Program-made: the position numbers and the translations under genes
In this document: positions 38,578 to 48,169 of the stretch, one piece after another
Layout: each line of letters opens with the position of its first letter
Numbering within the stretch: the stretch's first letter is position 1
Notes under the pieces: model-generated
What the model saw: the letters and a program-made list of their open reading frames with translations, nothing else
The model's database searches: none
What the model was told of the DNA's origin: nothing
Origin: Nitrosarchaeum sp.
GTDB lineage: Archaea; Thermoproteota; Nitrososphaeria; Nitrososphaerales; Nitrosopumilaceae
Assembly (NCBI GenBank): GCA_965223865.1
Contig: OZ245020.1
Location: 128,001 to 192,000 of the forward strand
Reading direction: 5' to 3'
Length of the DNA: 64,000 nucleotides

Positions 38578-39450
38578 CTATTTATGTCTAATAGAATTCA
38601 TAAATCCCTGGTTTTCCAACATTAACTCTATCATTTGTTCTCGAATTTGAGGATCATCCATCATAGGATATAATATTTCTCCCATCATTTGTTCAGACAT
38701 AAGAGCCATATGCTCAGGACTTTTAAGCATGAATTGATGCACATCTTGGTTCATTTGGTTATTAATCCAGATGTGATGCATCAGATCCATTATTCTATCT
38801 GAATGAGAGAAGTGCATAGAATGATCCAGAGAATCATGATGTTCATATTGTGGGCACCATGAGCATTTCTCATGGTGCATTCTCTTGTCCATCCCAGAAT
38901 TCACAGGTTCATGAACGGATTTCATCCATAGGGTGTTTTGTTTTAAGTAAGTCTCCATTGCTGGATGTTTTTTCATTTCTTCAATCATTTTTTCTCGTAA
39001 AATAGGGTCATTTGTCATTGGACCCAAAATATTTTTCAAAAGTTTTGGATTTTCTTTGATTTGTGATATCCAGTTTGACATTGTTTTATTAGTCATGTTT
39101 GGATTTTTTAGCATCATTTCATGCCAATGACTCATAAGATTTTGATTTGATACCATGTTTTCTATCAAAGAGTTCATCATATTCTGACGATTCAGAATTA
39201 ATGTGAAATCAAATTTGGTGAAGTTTCTGTCAATCAGCTTGAGATATGTTGAAGGTGTAACACATGCAGGATAACCATTATTTTTTTGTAATAACAAAAA
39301 TCCATCTTTGCATGTCAACTTTTCAGGATCTGCAAAATGTTTCCATTGTTGTCTAGGAGACAAGTTTTCTGCAAAAGAATCATCATAAAAAATTGGATTT
39401 ATCAAAAAACTGGCAGTCATAATAAAACAAATTGCAAAGGGGATTTTCAA
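38578..39450 (-). CDS. Exported Met/His-rich protein
   Basis: Signal peptide, LSPRQQ..TCK..PACV domain, Met-rich DP/NP repeats, HHEKCSWCPQYEHH. Confidence 0.8.
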   Translation of the reverse strand: MKIPFAICFIMTASFLINPIFYDDSFAENLSPRQQWKHFADPEKLTCKDGFLLLQKNNGYPACVTPSTYLKLIDRNFTKFDFTLILNRQNMMNSLIENMVSNQNLMSHWHEMMLKNPNMTNKTMSNWISQIKENPKLLKNILGPMTNDPILREKMIEEMKKHPAMETYLKQNTLWMKSVHEPVNSGMDKRMHHEKCSWCPQYEHHDSLDHSMHFSHSDRIMDLMHHIWINNQMNQDVHQFMLKSPEHMALMSEQMMGEILYPMMDDPQIREQMIELMLENQGFMNSIRHK

Positions 39451-39491
39451 TACTATAAAAATTTAATTTTATCATAAAAACGATTCGTAGA

Positions 39492-40883
39492 TTATGTTAC
39501 AGGTCTTGACACTAGTTTTCCATGACCAATTTTTCCAACAACTTCAAAGTCTTCTGCAACAATCTCTCCTCTAACAATAGTCTTTACAGGCCAACCTTTG
39601 AGAGATCTGCCTTCATAAACAATATAATCAGAAAATCCACCAAAAAGATCATTTGATACCTTATTTTCTTTTTTCAAATTAATCATCGTAATATCAGCAT
39701 CAGAATTTTTCTCTAGCACACCTTTTTTTGGATGCATTCCAAAAATTTGAGCTGCGTTTTGACTGGTAAATTTCACAAATTGCTCCAATGTAATTCTGTT
39801 TTTGTTGACTCCTTCGCTTAGCAAAATAGGAATTACTGTTCCTATCCCAGGAAATCCAGCTAGGGCTCCCCAGACATCATTACCACCTAGTTTTAGTTTT
39901 AATTGATTAGCAACATGATCAGTACCTACTGTATCAATTAGATTATTTGATAATGCATTCCATACAGCCTTGTTGTCCTTTTCAGTTCGAATAGGAGGCA
40001 TAACTTTGGCTAGATATCCTCCTTGTTTTTCATATGACAAAGTCAAATAATGAGGACATGTCTCTACAAAGATTTTTGTTCCTAATTCTCTTTCTTCTTT
40101 AATTTGCTCAAGTGCTCTTTGAGAACCAATATGCACAAAGTAAATTACACATCCAAAGTCTCGACCATACTTACATACAGTCTTGATTGCTTTTGCTTCA
40201 AATTCAGGTGAACGACTTTCAGACCAAGCAGATAAGCCATCTTGGTTTTTTTCTTTGGCTGTTTTTATTTCACATGCACAGGATTCATAGTCTTCTGCAT
40301 GAACTAAAACAGGACAACTTAGAGATGCTGCTTTCTTAACAGTTTCTTTAACTATATTGTCATTAACATCAACTTGAGCTGCAATTAGTTCTGAAGAATA
40401 TGGGGGCATATCCATATAGACATGCCCAACTTCTCCTCCAAGATTCATGTAAATTTTAAAAGATGTAATCCCTTTATCAATACAAAATTGCATTTCATTA
40501 ATTTGTTGTTGATTAAAAATTGATGCATGGATTGTATAATCAACATAGTGGTACTTTGAAGCAGCATCAAGCTGTTCTTGCAAAGTATTTTGAAAAGAGT
40601 TTCCTAATCTTAGCATCCTCATCATGGTTGTGATACCACCAATTGCAGCTGCATGAGATTCTGTTCTTGCAGCATTATCAATTGATGAGTATACTCCATA
40701 ATGAACATGAGTATCAATTGGACCTGGAATAGAAATTAAACCAGTTCCGTTAATTTTGTGATCACACACAGGTGTGTCATTTGTAAATCCTACAATTTTT
40801 CCATCATCAATGAGGATATTTTTATCAATCATTCCATGTGGTAAAATGATGTGTGAGTTTGTGATTATAGTGTCATAGGTCAT
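39492..40883 (-). CDS. Cyclic amidohydrolase (dihydroorotase/hydantoinase/allantoinase family)
   Basis: IDTHVH, GGITT, SFKIYM, VHAED, ETCPHYL, PPIR, GTDH. Confidence 0.92.
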   Translation of the reverse strand: MTYDTIITNSHIILPHGMIDKNILIDDGKIVGFTNDTPVCDHKINGTGLISIPGPIDTHVHYGVYSSIDNAARTESHAAAIGGITTMMRMLRLGNSFQNTLQEQLDAASKYHYVDYTIHASIFNQQQINEMQFCIDKGITSFKIYMNLGGEVGHVYMDMPPYSSELIAAQVDVNDNIVKETVKKAASLSCPVLVHAEDYESCACEIKTAKEKNQDGLSAWSESRSPEFEAKAIKTVCKYGRDFGCVIYFVHIGSQRALEQIKEERELGTKIFVETCPHYLTLSYEKQGGYLAKVMPPIRTEKDNKAVWNALSNNLIDTVGTDHVANQLKLKLGGNDVWGALAGFPGIGTVIPILLSEGVNKNRITLEQFVKFTSQNAAQIFGMHPKKGVLEKNSDADITMINLKKENKVSNDLFGGFSDYIVYEGRSLKGWPVKTIVRGEIVAEDFEVVGKIGHGKLVSRPVT

Positions 40884-41123
40884 TTGAGATTTTTCACGTT
40901 CTTCAGTCTATTATGCGTTAAGAAGATTTTTTAAAAATATTCATCACAAATAGGTGTTATAATTGAAAGGCAAAAATGGAAAAATTTCAAATTAATTTGA
41001 TTCCCAATCTTTTGTTAAATGATATTTATCAAGATTCTTTCCATATTTTCCGTCAAATTTTGATTTTATTTCTAAAATAACACTTAGAAAATGAATAAAA
41101 ACGGATCTTAGAGAGTTATGAAG

Positions 41124-41198
41124 GGGCCGGTGGTTTAGGAGCATAATGCCTCGTTCGCAACGAGGAGGTCAGGGGTGCGATTCCCCTCCGGTCCACCA
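41124..41198 (+). tRNA. tRNA-Ala (CGC), atypical T-loop
   Basis: GGGCCGG/CCGGTCC acceptor with G3:U70, CCTCG-TTCGCAA-CGAGG, T arm AGGGG-TGCGATT-CCCCT, encoded CCA. Confidence 0.85.
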
Positions 41199-41240
41199 CA
41201 TCCAGAAACTATTATACATAAACAAAGATTACAAACCTTC

Positions 41241-41603
41241 ATGAAAGTCTTTGATGGAAAAAAAGCAGCAACTGAGTACATGTCAAAGCACACTCTAGCA
41301 TTTTCAACACCTGAATTGACTTTAATGAGATTTGCCTTTTGGTTAGGGGATTCTGTACCTGATCCAGAAAATAAAGTGGAAGAAGGAATACCTAGAATGA
41401 TGACCTTTATGACAGAACAGGATTTTGCGCCAGTATTGATTGACGATGAGAAATACGAGCCAACAGGAGCAGTTAGAAGTTCTGCAGTATATGGAAATGC
41501 AGTGAAAGATACAAGTACGGATGGAAAGTTTTGTTCTGAATGTGGAACAAGTCTTTCTGCTACAGCAAAGTTCTGCCCTGAATGTGGCACCACTCAAGAA
41601 TAG
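41241..41603 (+). CDS. Zinc-ribbon domain protein
   Basis: C-terminal FCSECG...AKFCPECGT. Confidence 0.88.
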   Translation: MKVFDGKKAATEYMSKHTLAFSTPELTLMRFAFWLGDSVPDPENKVEEGIPRMMTFMTEQDFAPVLIDDEKYEPTGAVRSSAVYGNAVKDTSTDGKFCSECGTSLSATAKFCPECGTTQE

Positions 41604-41648
41604 TATTGCTCTAAGATTTCTTAAATACAAAAAATACGTAATAATATC

Positions 41649-41744
41649 ATGGTTTTTAGAAAATGTACACATTGTGGTAGAGAATATGAGGATGTGTTTA
41701 ACCGAAGAGTATGCTCTGATAAATGCTCGTTAGAAATTTCTTAA
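41649..41744 (+). CDS. Zn-finger microprotein (31 aa, CxxC...CxxxC)
   Basis: MVFRKCTHCGREYEDVFNRRVCSDKCSLEIS. Confidence 0.55.
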   Translation: MVFRKCTHCGREYEDVFNRRVCSDKCSLEIS

Positions 41745-41938
41745 TTAGCGTGGGCTGATAGTAATTCCTTTTTGCTTCTTGATCATGCAATTATTATTCC
41801 TCCAACAAAAACAATTGATTTAGAATATTTTTGTAATGATTTTGCAGTTTCTCGATATACCTATACATGTTTGTATAATTATTAACAGGAATTCTATAAG
41901 TGAAATCAATTAAGATGAAAATTAAGATTTGAATTTTC

Positions 41939-42478
41939 TTATAATTTAGTTCCACATTTTGTGCAGAATTTTGCATTTGGTCTTAATTCAGATCCACATG
42001 ATGAACAATTGTTTCCACTTGATTGAATTGTTTGTCTTGGCATTAATGAAGGATCAGGTGAAGGTAGTGTTCCAACGTCGCTAAATGCTTCTTGTGCAGA
42101 AACTATACCTGGTGGACCTCCTACGGGATTCTGTGGAGTACCAGTTCTTGGTGGCATTCCCATTTGTCCTGCCATCATTCCTGGTTGTCCCATTCCTGGC
42201 ATCAATCCTGGAGATTGAGTAGTACCAGAACCAGAGCCCATATTTTTTTTCAGCTCAAATATTACCTTAATTGCAAGAAATTCTAGTGCAGAATATGCAA
42301 CTACATAGTCGCCAAGTCTTTGAAAGAATTCTTTGTCACTGATTTGTCCTTTCTTGTACATATTGTTTGTATCAAGAAATGATTCATAGTACCCTTGAGA
42401 TTCATTAAACAAGCTATCAAGCTTGTCAAATAACATGTTTAGAGTATCTACTTCACCAAATGACATAATCAGACTCAT
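41939..42478 (-). CDS. Zinc-ribbon domain protein
   Basis: Gly/Pro/Met linker; C-terminal CSSCG...AKFCTKCG. Confidence 0.88.
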   Translation of the reverse strand: MSLIMSFGEVDTLNMLFDKLDSLFNESQGYYESFLDTNNMYKKGQISDKEFFQRLGDYVVAYSALEFLAIKVIFELKKNMGSGSGTTQSPGLMPGMGQPGMMAGQMGMPPRTGTPQNPVGGPPGIVSAQEAFSDVGTLPSPDPSLMPRQTIQSSGNNCSSCGSELRPNAKFCTKCGTKL

Positions 42479-42666
42479 TTCTTGGAATATTAATTACTTT
42501 AGGATCGCTATTTACAAACATTAACTGTATTACTTACTCTTATAGATGAGATTTTAATAATTAATGCTTTCATTATTTCAATTCATTAAATCTAGGCACA
42601 ATATATGATGAATTTGTTCTTGTAATATGCAAGATAGGAAGTTGTATCAAAGGTAGGAAAGTTCCT

Positions 42667-43194
42667 TTATGATGCTGTCGTTGTTTTGTAAATATCAGAT
42701 ACTTCTCTAATTGTAGCTTTTACATTACTAACTGTTACAGATTTCTTCGAAGAAGCAAAAGTAACTGTCATTTCATTCATCAAGTCTTTAATAGATAACA
42801 GCATTTCTTTAGAGGCTACAGTCACGTCACGAAGATCTTGACCATTTATGCTATCCATTCCACCATCAGAAAATGAATTGATCTTATCTTTAGCAGATTT
42901 CATTAGTTCAGAGGCCTCATAAATTACACCTGTTTCGCTAAGTTGATTTGCGGTATTTTCTATTTTTGTAGATACTTGATTCATATTTTCTGAAATCAAG
43001 CGGAAATTTTCTATGTTCCTTACCATTTCTGGAGTGTTAAGACTTTGTATGATCTCATTAACTATTTTGGCAGTATCTTTAACCTTGTTCAACGATTCAA
43101 GAACTCCAGGGTTTCCAAACTGACGAATTATTTCTGCTGCATCAGAAGCAGTTTCCTTAATTTCACGAATTTTACTGGTTTTTCTATCGTCCAT
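42667..43194 (-). CDS. Hypothetical amphipathic helical protein
   Basis: 175 aa; shares xLxETG.I motif with 43563-44018. Confidence 0.75.
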   Translation of the reverse strand: MDDRKTSKIREIKETASDAAEIIRQFGNPGVLESLNKVKDTAKIVNEIIQSLNTPEMVRNIENFRLISENMNQVSTKIENTANQLSETGVIYEASELMKSAKDKINSFSDGGMDSINGQDLRDVTVASKEMLLSIKDLMNEMTVTFASSKKSVTVSNVKATIREVSDIYKTTTAS

Positions 43195-43205
43195 GTTCTC
43201 TCAAC

Positions 43206-43553
43206 TCACTTCCCAATACCTAAAAAAGATCTAGAATTGGTTACATTGTAAATGGAATAAAATGGATGGATCTTATTATTTTGAATTAGTTGTGTAAGAA
43301 AAATAAAATTACTAGCTGCAAATAGGGAATTTAGTATTCCAAACTCAATTCTATTTGCTAGAAAATCATTTGCAGCCAACAAAACATTCAAACTAGCCAA
43401 TGAGAGAAAAAGTACTGGAAAATTTCTGCCAATTTTTGTTATTATTTCTAACAGGTAGATCAATGCAATAACCTCTCTGGAATCAGTAATCCCAGTTGTC
43501 CATTGCATGGAATTTTTTCCTATTTTTCTCTCATTAGCATAGTTTGTCATCAT
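43206..43553 (-). CDS. Hypothetical membrane protein
   Basis: Hydrophobic ORF between two helical paralogs. Confidence 0.55.
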   Translation of the reverse strand: MMTNYANERKIGKNSMQWTTGITDSREVIALIYLLEIITKIGRNFPVLFLSLASLNVLLAANDFLANRIEFGILNSLFAASNFIFLTQLIQNNKIHPFYSIYNVTNSRSFLGIGK

Positions 43554-43562
43554 ACATCTTAC

Positions 43563-44018
43563 CTAGTTTTTCAGATCTTCTATCATTTTTTCAGTTATCT
43601 GACCAGTTTCCGTTTTTATCAGGTCAAGACTATCTTTTACCACCTTAGTTGTGTTTGGAGATACTTTTCCAGCGTCATTTGTAATTTCTTTTACAGTTGT
43701 TATGGATTCTTTTGCTGAGTTCAAAGCGTTTTCTATAGCACTTGCAGTATCAGTTACGGAACCATTTCTTTTCAGCTCTTGTGTAGTATCATTAAGATCT
43801 TTTACTGTATCACGAACAGCATATGAGCCTTCACGTATTGCTAGAGCCATCTCTGGAATTGCTCCTGTCTCACGAAGAGTTTTCATGGTCTCTCTCATTA
43901 GGAGTGAATACTCTCTGATGTTCTTTGAAACATCTTGTATTGTTCCAACAGTTTGTTTTGCACTAAGTTGATGTCTATCTTTATTCCATGATGGAATTGA
44001 GTTGTTGTATTCTTTCAT
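43563..44018 (-). CDS. Hypothetical amphipathic helical protein
   Basis: TLRETGAIPEM...ELKRNGSVTDTA; start ATG at 44018 likely. Confidence 0.75.
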   Translation of the reverse strand: MKEYNNSIPSWNKDRHQLSAKQTVGTIQDVSKNIREYSLLMRETMKTLRETGAIPEMALAIREGSYAVRDTVKDLNDTTQELKRNGSVTDTASAIENALNSAKESITTVKEITNDAGKVSPNTTKVVKDSLDLIKTETGQITEKMIEDLKN

Positions 44019-44613
44019 GTTATACTTTATACAAAAAATTCTTAATAATAATCGCGAATAATTCATTCATATCAATGGTTCATTTTTTAAATGATTAAAT
44101 GACATGAATTTTTTAAAATCTTCAGAGTTTTTAGAATTTGAAAAATAAAATTTAGATTTGAGAAAAAAGTTCTAAAATAATTTCAGAGTTTCAATGAATC
44201 ATCTCTAAGTGAATTTTTTACAATTTCTTAAAGAAGTAGATGTTTCATGGGGATCAAATTTTTCTATCATTTTACCTTTTCCTTACAACAAATCATACAG
44301 GATGAGATACATTTTCAAAATATTATCAGTTCACACATACCATGATTTGGTAAATTTCTTAATTGTTAATTCATAATAAAATCAAAAATCTGAATTAAGA
44401 ATATCTTACAAATTATCTTTGGGTTGTATTTTCAGTTTTTATAAAAAGGAGTTTAATTACACCTGAAACCGATTTCAAACTTTGAGGCTAAATCTTTAGA
44501 TTTAGATGTTGATTTAGGAACAAAAATGGATCAATGAAAATCTGAATTTTAGTTTGATGAGATATATGATAATCTGTTATTTTAGGATCAAAAAAGGAAA
44601 AAAACTAAACAGT

Positions 44614-44940
44614 TTATGCGAGTGCTCTATCTATCATATTTTTATATGATTCTTTAGAGGCAGCACCAACTTGTTGGGCAATTATTTCACCCTTGTTTAG
44701 GAGAATTAAGGTTGGAATACTAAAGACATTGTATTTTGATGCCAATTCATTGGCCTCATCAACATTGACCTTGACAAATTTGACTTTGTCTCCATAGTCA
44801 TTTGCGAGTTCTTCCACAACGGGACCAACCATTCTACATGGACCACACCATTCGGCCCAAAAGTCGACGAATACAGGAGTATCTGAGTTGATTACATTGG
44901 TCTCCCATGACTTTGCATCTGAAATTTGTGTTATTCCCAT
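44614..44940 (-). CDS. trxA: Thioredoxin
   Basis: VDFWAEWCGPC, SIPT. Confidence 0.96.
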   Translation of the reverse strand: MGITQISDAKSWETNVINSDTPVFVDFWAEWCGPCRMVGPVVEELANDYGDKVKFVKVNVDEANELASKYNVFSIPTLILLNKGEIIAQQVGAASKESYKNMIDRALA

Positions 44941-45064
44941 TTCATTGATAATTTATTGACCATCCCTAAAAAGGTTCACCAAAATTTGCACCGTATTTTG
45001 TGGGAGAAAAATTCAAAAAATATAATTTGATATATATTTAATGATGTTTTGGTAAATCTGAGTT

Positions 45065-45823
45065 ATGAGTACCGAACTTAGACTTAAAAAATTAAGAGGT
45101 TCTGGCGGCTACGTCATGGCCAATGTAACTGATGAGCAGCAAATGAAAGGAAATTTAGGAGGTCCAGATCTTTTCTTGGCGCCAATTGGTAGGCTGGAGG
45201 CTGAAAAAATTTCTAAGCACTTTTGCAATACATGTGAAAAAGAATTCGAGGGAGCTCCAAAAATTGAATTTGAAAATCCGAATGAAGAGGTAGCAGAAAA
45301 CTTGATTCTTGCTGAAAGAGGACAATATATCTGCAATACATGTAATTCTACTATTGCAGAATACAGAGAATTCAAAAAACAAGATGAAGCAAATGAAATT
45401 GGAAATGCAAAACCATTAGAATCTACACAAACTATGCAACCACAAGCAGAACCTCAGATTACACAAGCACCACCAACAGTATCTGTGCAAGTCGAAACAC
45501 AAGCGCAAACAACCCAACCAAGTCCTGCAGGTTCAGTTAGTTCTATTGAAGGATTAGCAGTATATGATGAAAATGCAAAGAAGATTGGAAATGCAAAGCA
45601 AGTGGGCATTGATTCTAATCAATCCGTAGTATTACTAATTACAAAAAATGATGGAACTGAAGGAAGTATTCCTTGGAATAGCATAGGAAAAGTTGGAGAA
45701 ATTATTTTATTAGGAAGCCAAGAGGTTGTAAAACAGGCTCCCCAACCAGGAAAATGTTCGAATTGTGGATTTTCAAACAAAGAAGGTTCAAAGTTTTGTG
45801 AAGAGTGTGGAACAAAACTCTAG
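45065..45823 (+). CDS. Zinc-ribbon + PRC-barrel protein
   Basis: CNTC x2, VYDENAKKIG...IPWNSIGKVGEIILL, C-terminal CSNCG..FCEECG. Confidence 0.85.
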   Translation: MSTELRLKKLRGSGGYVMANVTDEQQMKGNLGGPDLFLAPIGRLEAEKISKHFCNTCEKEFEGAPKIEFENPNEEVAENLILAERGQYICNTCNSTIAEYREFKKQDEANEIGNAKPLESTQTMQPQAEPQITQAPPTVSVQVETQAQTTQPSPAGSVSSIEGLAVYDENAKKIGNAKQVGIDSNQSVVLLITKNDGTEGSIPWNSIGKVGEIILLGSQEVVKQAPQPGKCSNCGFSNKEGSKFCEECGTKL

Positions 45824-45863
45824 TTAGCAAATTTAATCAATGACGCTATAGGCGATGAAGTAA

Positions 45864-46538
45864 TTGGCTAAGAGTTCTATTTCAAAAGGTGTTGTCAAGG
45901 ACATATTGATTGTTGCCTTAGGCATTACAATTATCTGGCTTGGTTTATGGATTGCCTTTGGAACTGCAAATCCGTTTTATGTTGTTGCAAGTGGAAGTAT
46001 GGTTCCTGAGCTCCTAGTTTATGACGTATTAATTGTGCAGGGACATGAACCATTTGAAGACATTGAGATTGGAGACATTATCGTTTTTGATCGCCCATCA
46101 GATCATGATAGAGTAATTGTACATAGAGTAGCTTCAATAATTGATGATGACCCAAAGACTCTTAGAACAAAAGGTGATGCAAATCCCGCTTCAATTCCAG
46201 GAACTGATTTTCCTATTACAGAAGAAGAGTACATTGGAAAAGTGGTATTCGTTGTTTCCCAGGTAGGATATGTAACCCAAATTCTCAAGCCACCCACCAA
46301 CTACATTCTCATTGCAATTGTGATAGGAATTATGATTGCAAAGCAGATGGTAAAAAAGAAGAAAGAGAAAGAACTAACTTTTGAGAATCCCTTTGGGGAT
46401 AAAGATGAATCAGAAGAATCATCTGTAGAAATCCCAGGTTTGGACAAATTGAAAAAAGATGATGAATATTCCAAGGATGAAAAAGCAGATTCTGATTCAA
46501 AAGAATCAAAAAAAGAGTCAGAGAAGGACAAAAAATAA
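45864..46538 (+). CDS. Signal peptidase I (Sec11 type)
   Basis: VASGSMVP, GDIIVF, IVHRV, TKGDAN. Confidence 0.95.
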   Translation: MAKSSISKGVVKDILIVALGITIIWLGLWIAFGTANPFYVVASGSMVPELLVYDVLIVQGHEPFEDIEIGDIIVFDRPSDHDRVIVHRVASIIDDDPKTLRTKGDANPASIPGTDFPITEEEYIGKVVFVVSQVGYVTQILKPPTNYILIAIVIGIMIAKQMVKKKKEKELTFENPFGDKDESEESSVEIPGLDKLKKDDEYSKDEKADSDSKESKKESEKDKK

Positions 46539-46566
46539 TTTTCTATGTGTTTAGAAATTAAAATAA

Positions 46567-48099
46567 TTAAAGAACAGAGTCTTTTGTCTTGAATACTCGT
46601 TTAAAGTATTCAGTTGATTCTACTGGTTCTTCGATATCATTTGTTATTCCTGCGAGATTTTTTGCAAGATTCTTTTTGTAACCAATTTGCATCTGTCTCT
46701 GAATCTGAATTCTTTGAGCTTGTGGTGAACCAGCTCCATGCATTGATTCAGTAAGATATCCAACTGCATTTCTTCCTAGAGTCATATTTTCAATTAGTCT
46801 TAGTATTCTCATTCTATTTTCAACATCAACTCCCTTTCTTCCTGCAAGATATTTCTTAAGAAGTGGGCCTGCTTCTGGATGTCTAAAGTCTTTTTCAGAT
46901 GGGAGAGTCACAACTAATCCACCTGCTATGTCTTGTGCAAGTCTGCTAATTTCATATGGGAATCTAGTTACGTTATGTTTGCAAACTTGTGCCAGCATAT
47001 CATCATTAAGATAAACTCCTGATTTCATTTCATGTCCTTGATGTGATGATGCAATTCCTGCTGCGAAAATTGTCTCATTGAGATGAGTCATTTCAATAAT
47101 CTTATCTTTAATATGAGATACTTTTGGTACTCCATTATATTCAGCGATTGTAGCTGCTGCACCAATTAGAACATCACCTAATCCTGTCTTACAGACATAA
47201 CTTCTTCTATGATAGCATGTAAATCTTTCAACAAGCATTGATGCAAATTCATATTCACCGTACATGAAAACTTTTTCCCATGGAATAAACACTTTATCTA
47301 AAATGATCAGAGCCTCTTGTCCACCAAACTTTGCGTTACCATCATCTATATCACCTTCTTCCATACTTCTTGTATCACAAGATTGTCTTCCGTAGATGTA
47401 GGTAACACCTTTTGCGTCTGCGGGAATAACTCCTACAACTGCCCAGTCTTTGTCTGCTTCTGTTAATCTAATTGTAGGCATTAAAATAATCCAGTGAGAA
47501 TTGATACAACCTGTCTGATGAGCTTTTGCTCCTGAAACATATATTCCGTTTTCATCCTTGTCTACCACTCTTGTAAACAAGTCAGGATCCTCTTGTTCTG
47601 ATGGACCTTTACTTCTATCACCTTTAGGATCAGTCATGGCTCCACCAATTACTGAATTTTCTCTTTGAACCATCTTCACAAATTCTAAGAATCGTTGATG
47701 GTAATTTGTTCCGTGTTTTTCGTCAATCTCAAAGGTTGTAGAATGTAAAGCATTCATTGCATCCATACCAACACATCTTTGGAAACATGTACCAGTGTTC
47801 TGACCTAGCTTTCTTTGCATTTTATTTTGTAAAACTAAATCTTCTGCACTTTCTGCAATATGTAAGAATCTGTTTACTTGTAGTCCAGTAATTGAGGATT
47901 GTGCAGATGCAAGTGCTTCTTCTCTTACTGCAAGATCATATGTTTCTGCTACTGCATTAATTGATGGTCTAATCATTGGGTGATCGACTGGCTCTTTAAC
48001 TAATTCACCAAATAGATATACTTTGAGGTCTCTACCTCGTAAACTTTGAATATAATCTTCTCCTGTTTTTATAGTCTCAAAACTCTCTACATTTGCCAT
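46567..48099 (-). CDS. hcd: 4-hydroxybutyryl-CoA dehydratase (3HP/4HB cycle)
   Basis: TGTCFQRCVGMD, GAMTDPKGDRS, YHRRSYVCK, ESMHGAGSPQAQ. Confidence 0.96.
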   Translation of the reverse strand: MANVESFETIKTGEDYIQSLRGRDLKVYLFGELVKEPVDHPMIRPSINAVAETYDLAVREEALASAQSSITGLQVNRFLHIAESAEDLVLQNKMQRKLGQNTGTCFQRCVGMDAMNALHSTTFEIDEKHGTNYHQRFLEFVKMVQRENSVIGGAMTDPKGDRSKGPSEQEDPDLFTRVVDKDENGIYVSGAKAHQTGCINSHWIILMPTIRLTEADKDWAVVGVIPADAKGVTYIYGRQSCDTRSMEEGDIDDGNAKFGGQEALIILDKVFIPWEKVFMYGEYEFASMLVERFTCYHRRSYVCKTGLGDVLIGAAATIAEYNGVPKVSHIKDKIIEMTHLNETIFAAGIASSHQGHEMKSGVYLNDDMLAQVCKHNVTRFPYEISRLAQDIAGGLVVTLPSEKDFRHPEAGPLLKKYLAGRKGVDVENRMRILRLIENMTLGRNAVGYLTESMHGAGSPQAQRIQIQRQMQIGYKKNLAKNLAGITNDIEEPVESTEYFKRVFKTKDSVL

Positions 48100-48169
48100 A
48101 CCAGCACTTCCGCTAGGTTATATAAAAATTCTAGATCAGAAAAAGTAAAAAGTTACGAATAGATAGCGA

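Noticed and set aside
41175-41240. N-terminal extension of zinc-ribbon ORF
   Set aside because: Overlaps tRNA-Ala; ATG at 41241 is the likely start
44020-44610. Long AT-rich gap as a replication origin
   Set aside because: No cdc6/orc1 nearby and no recognisable ORB repeats
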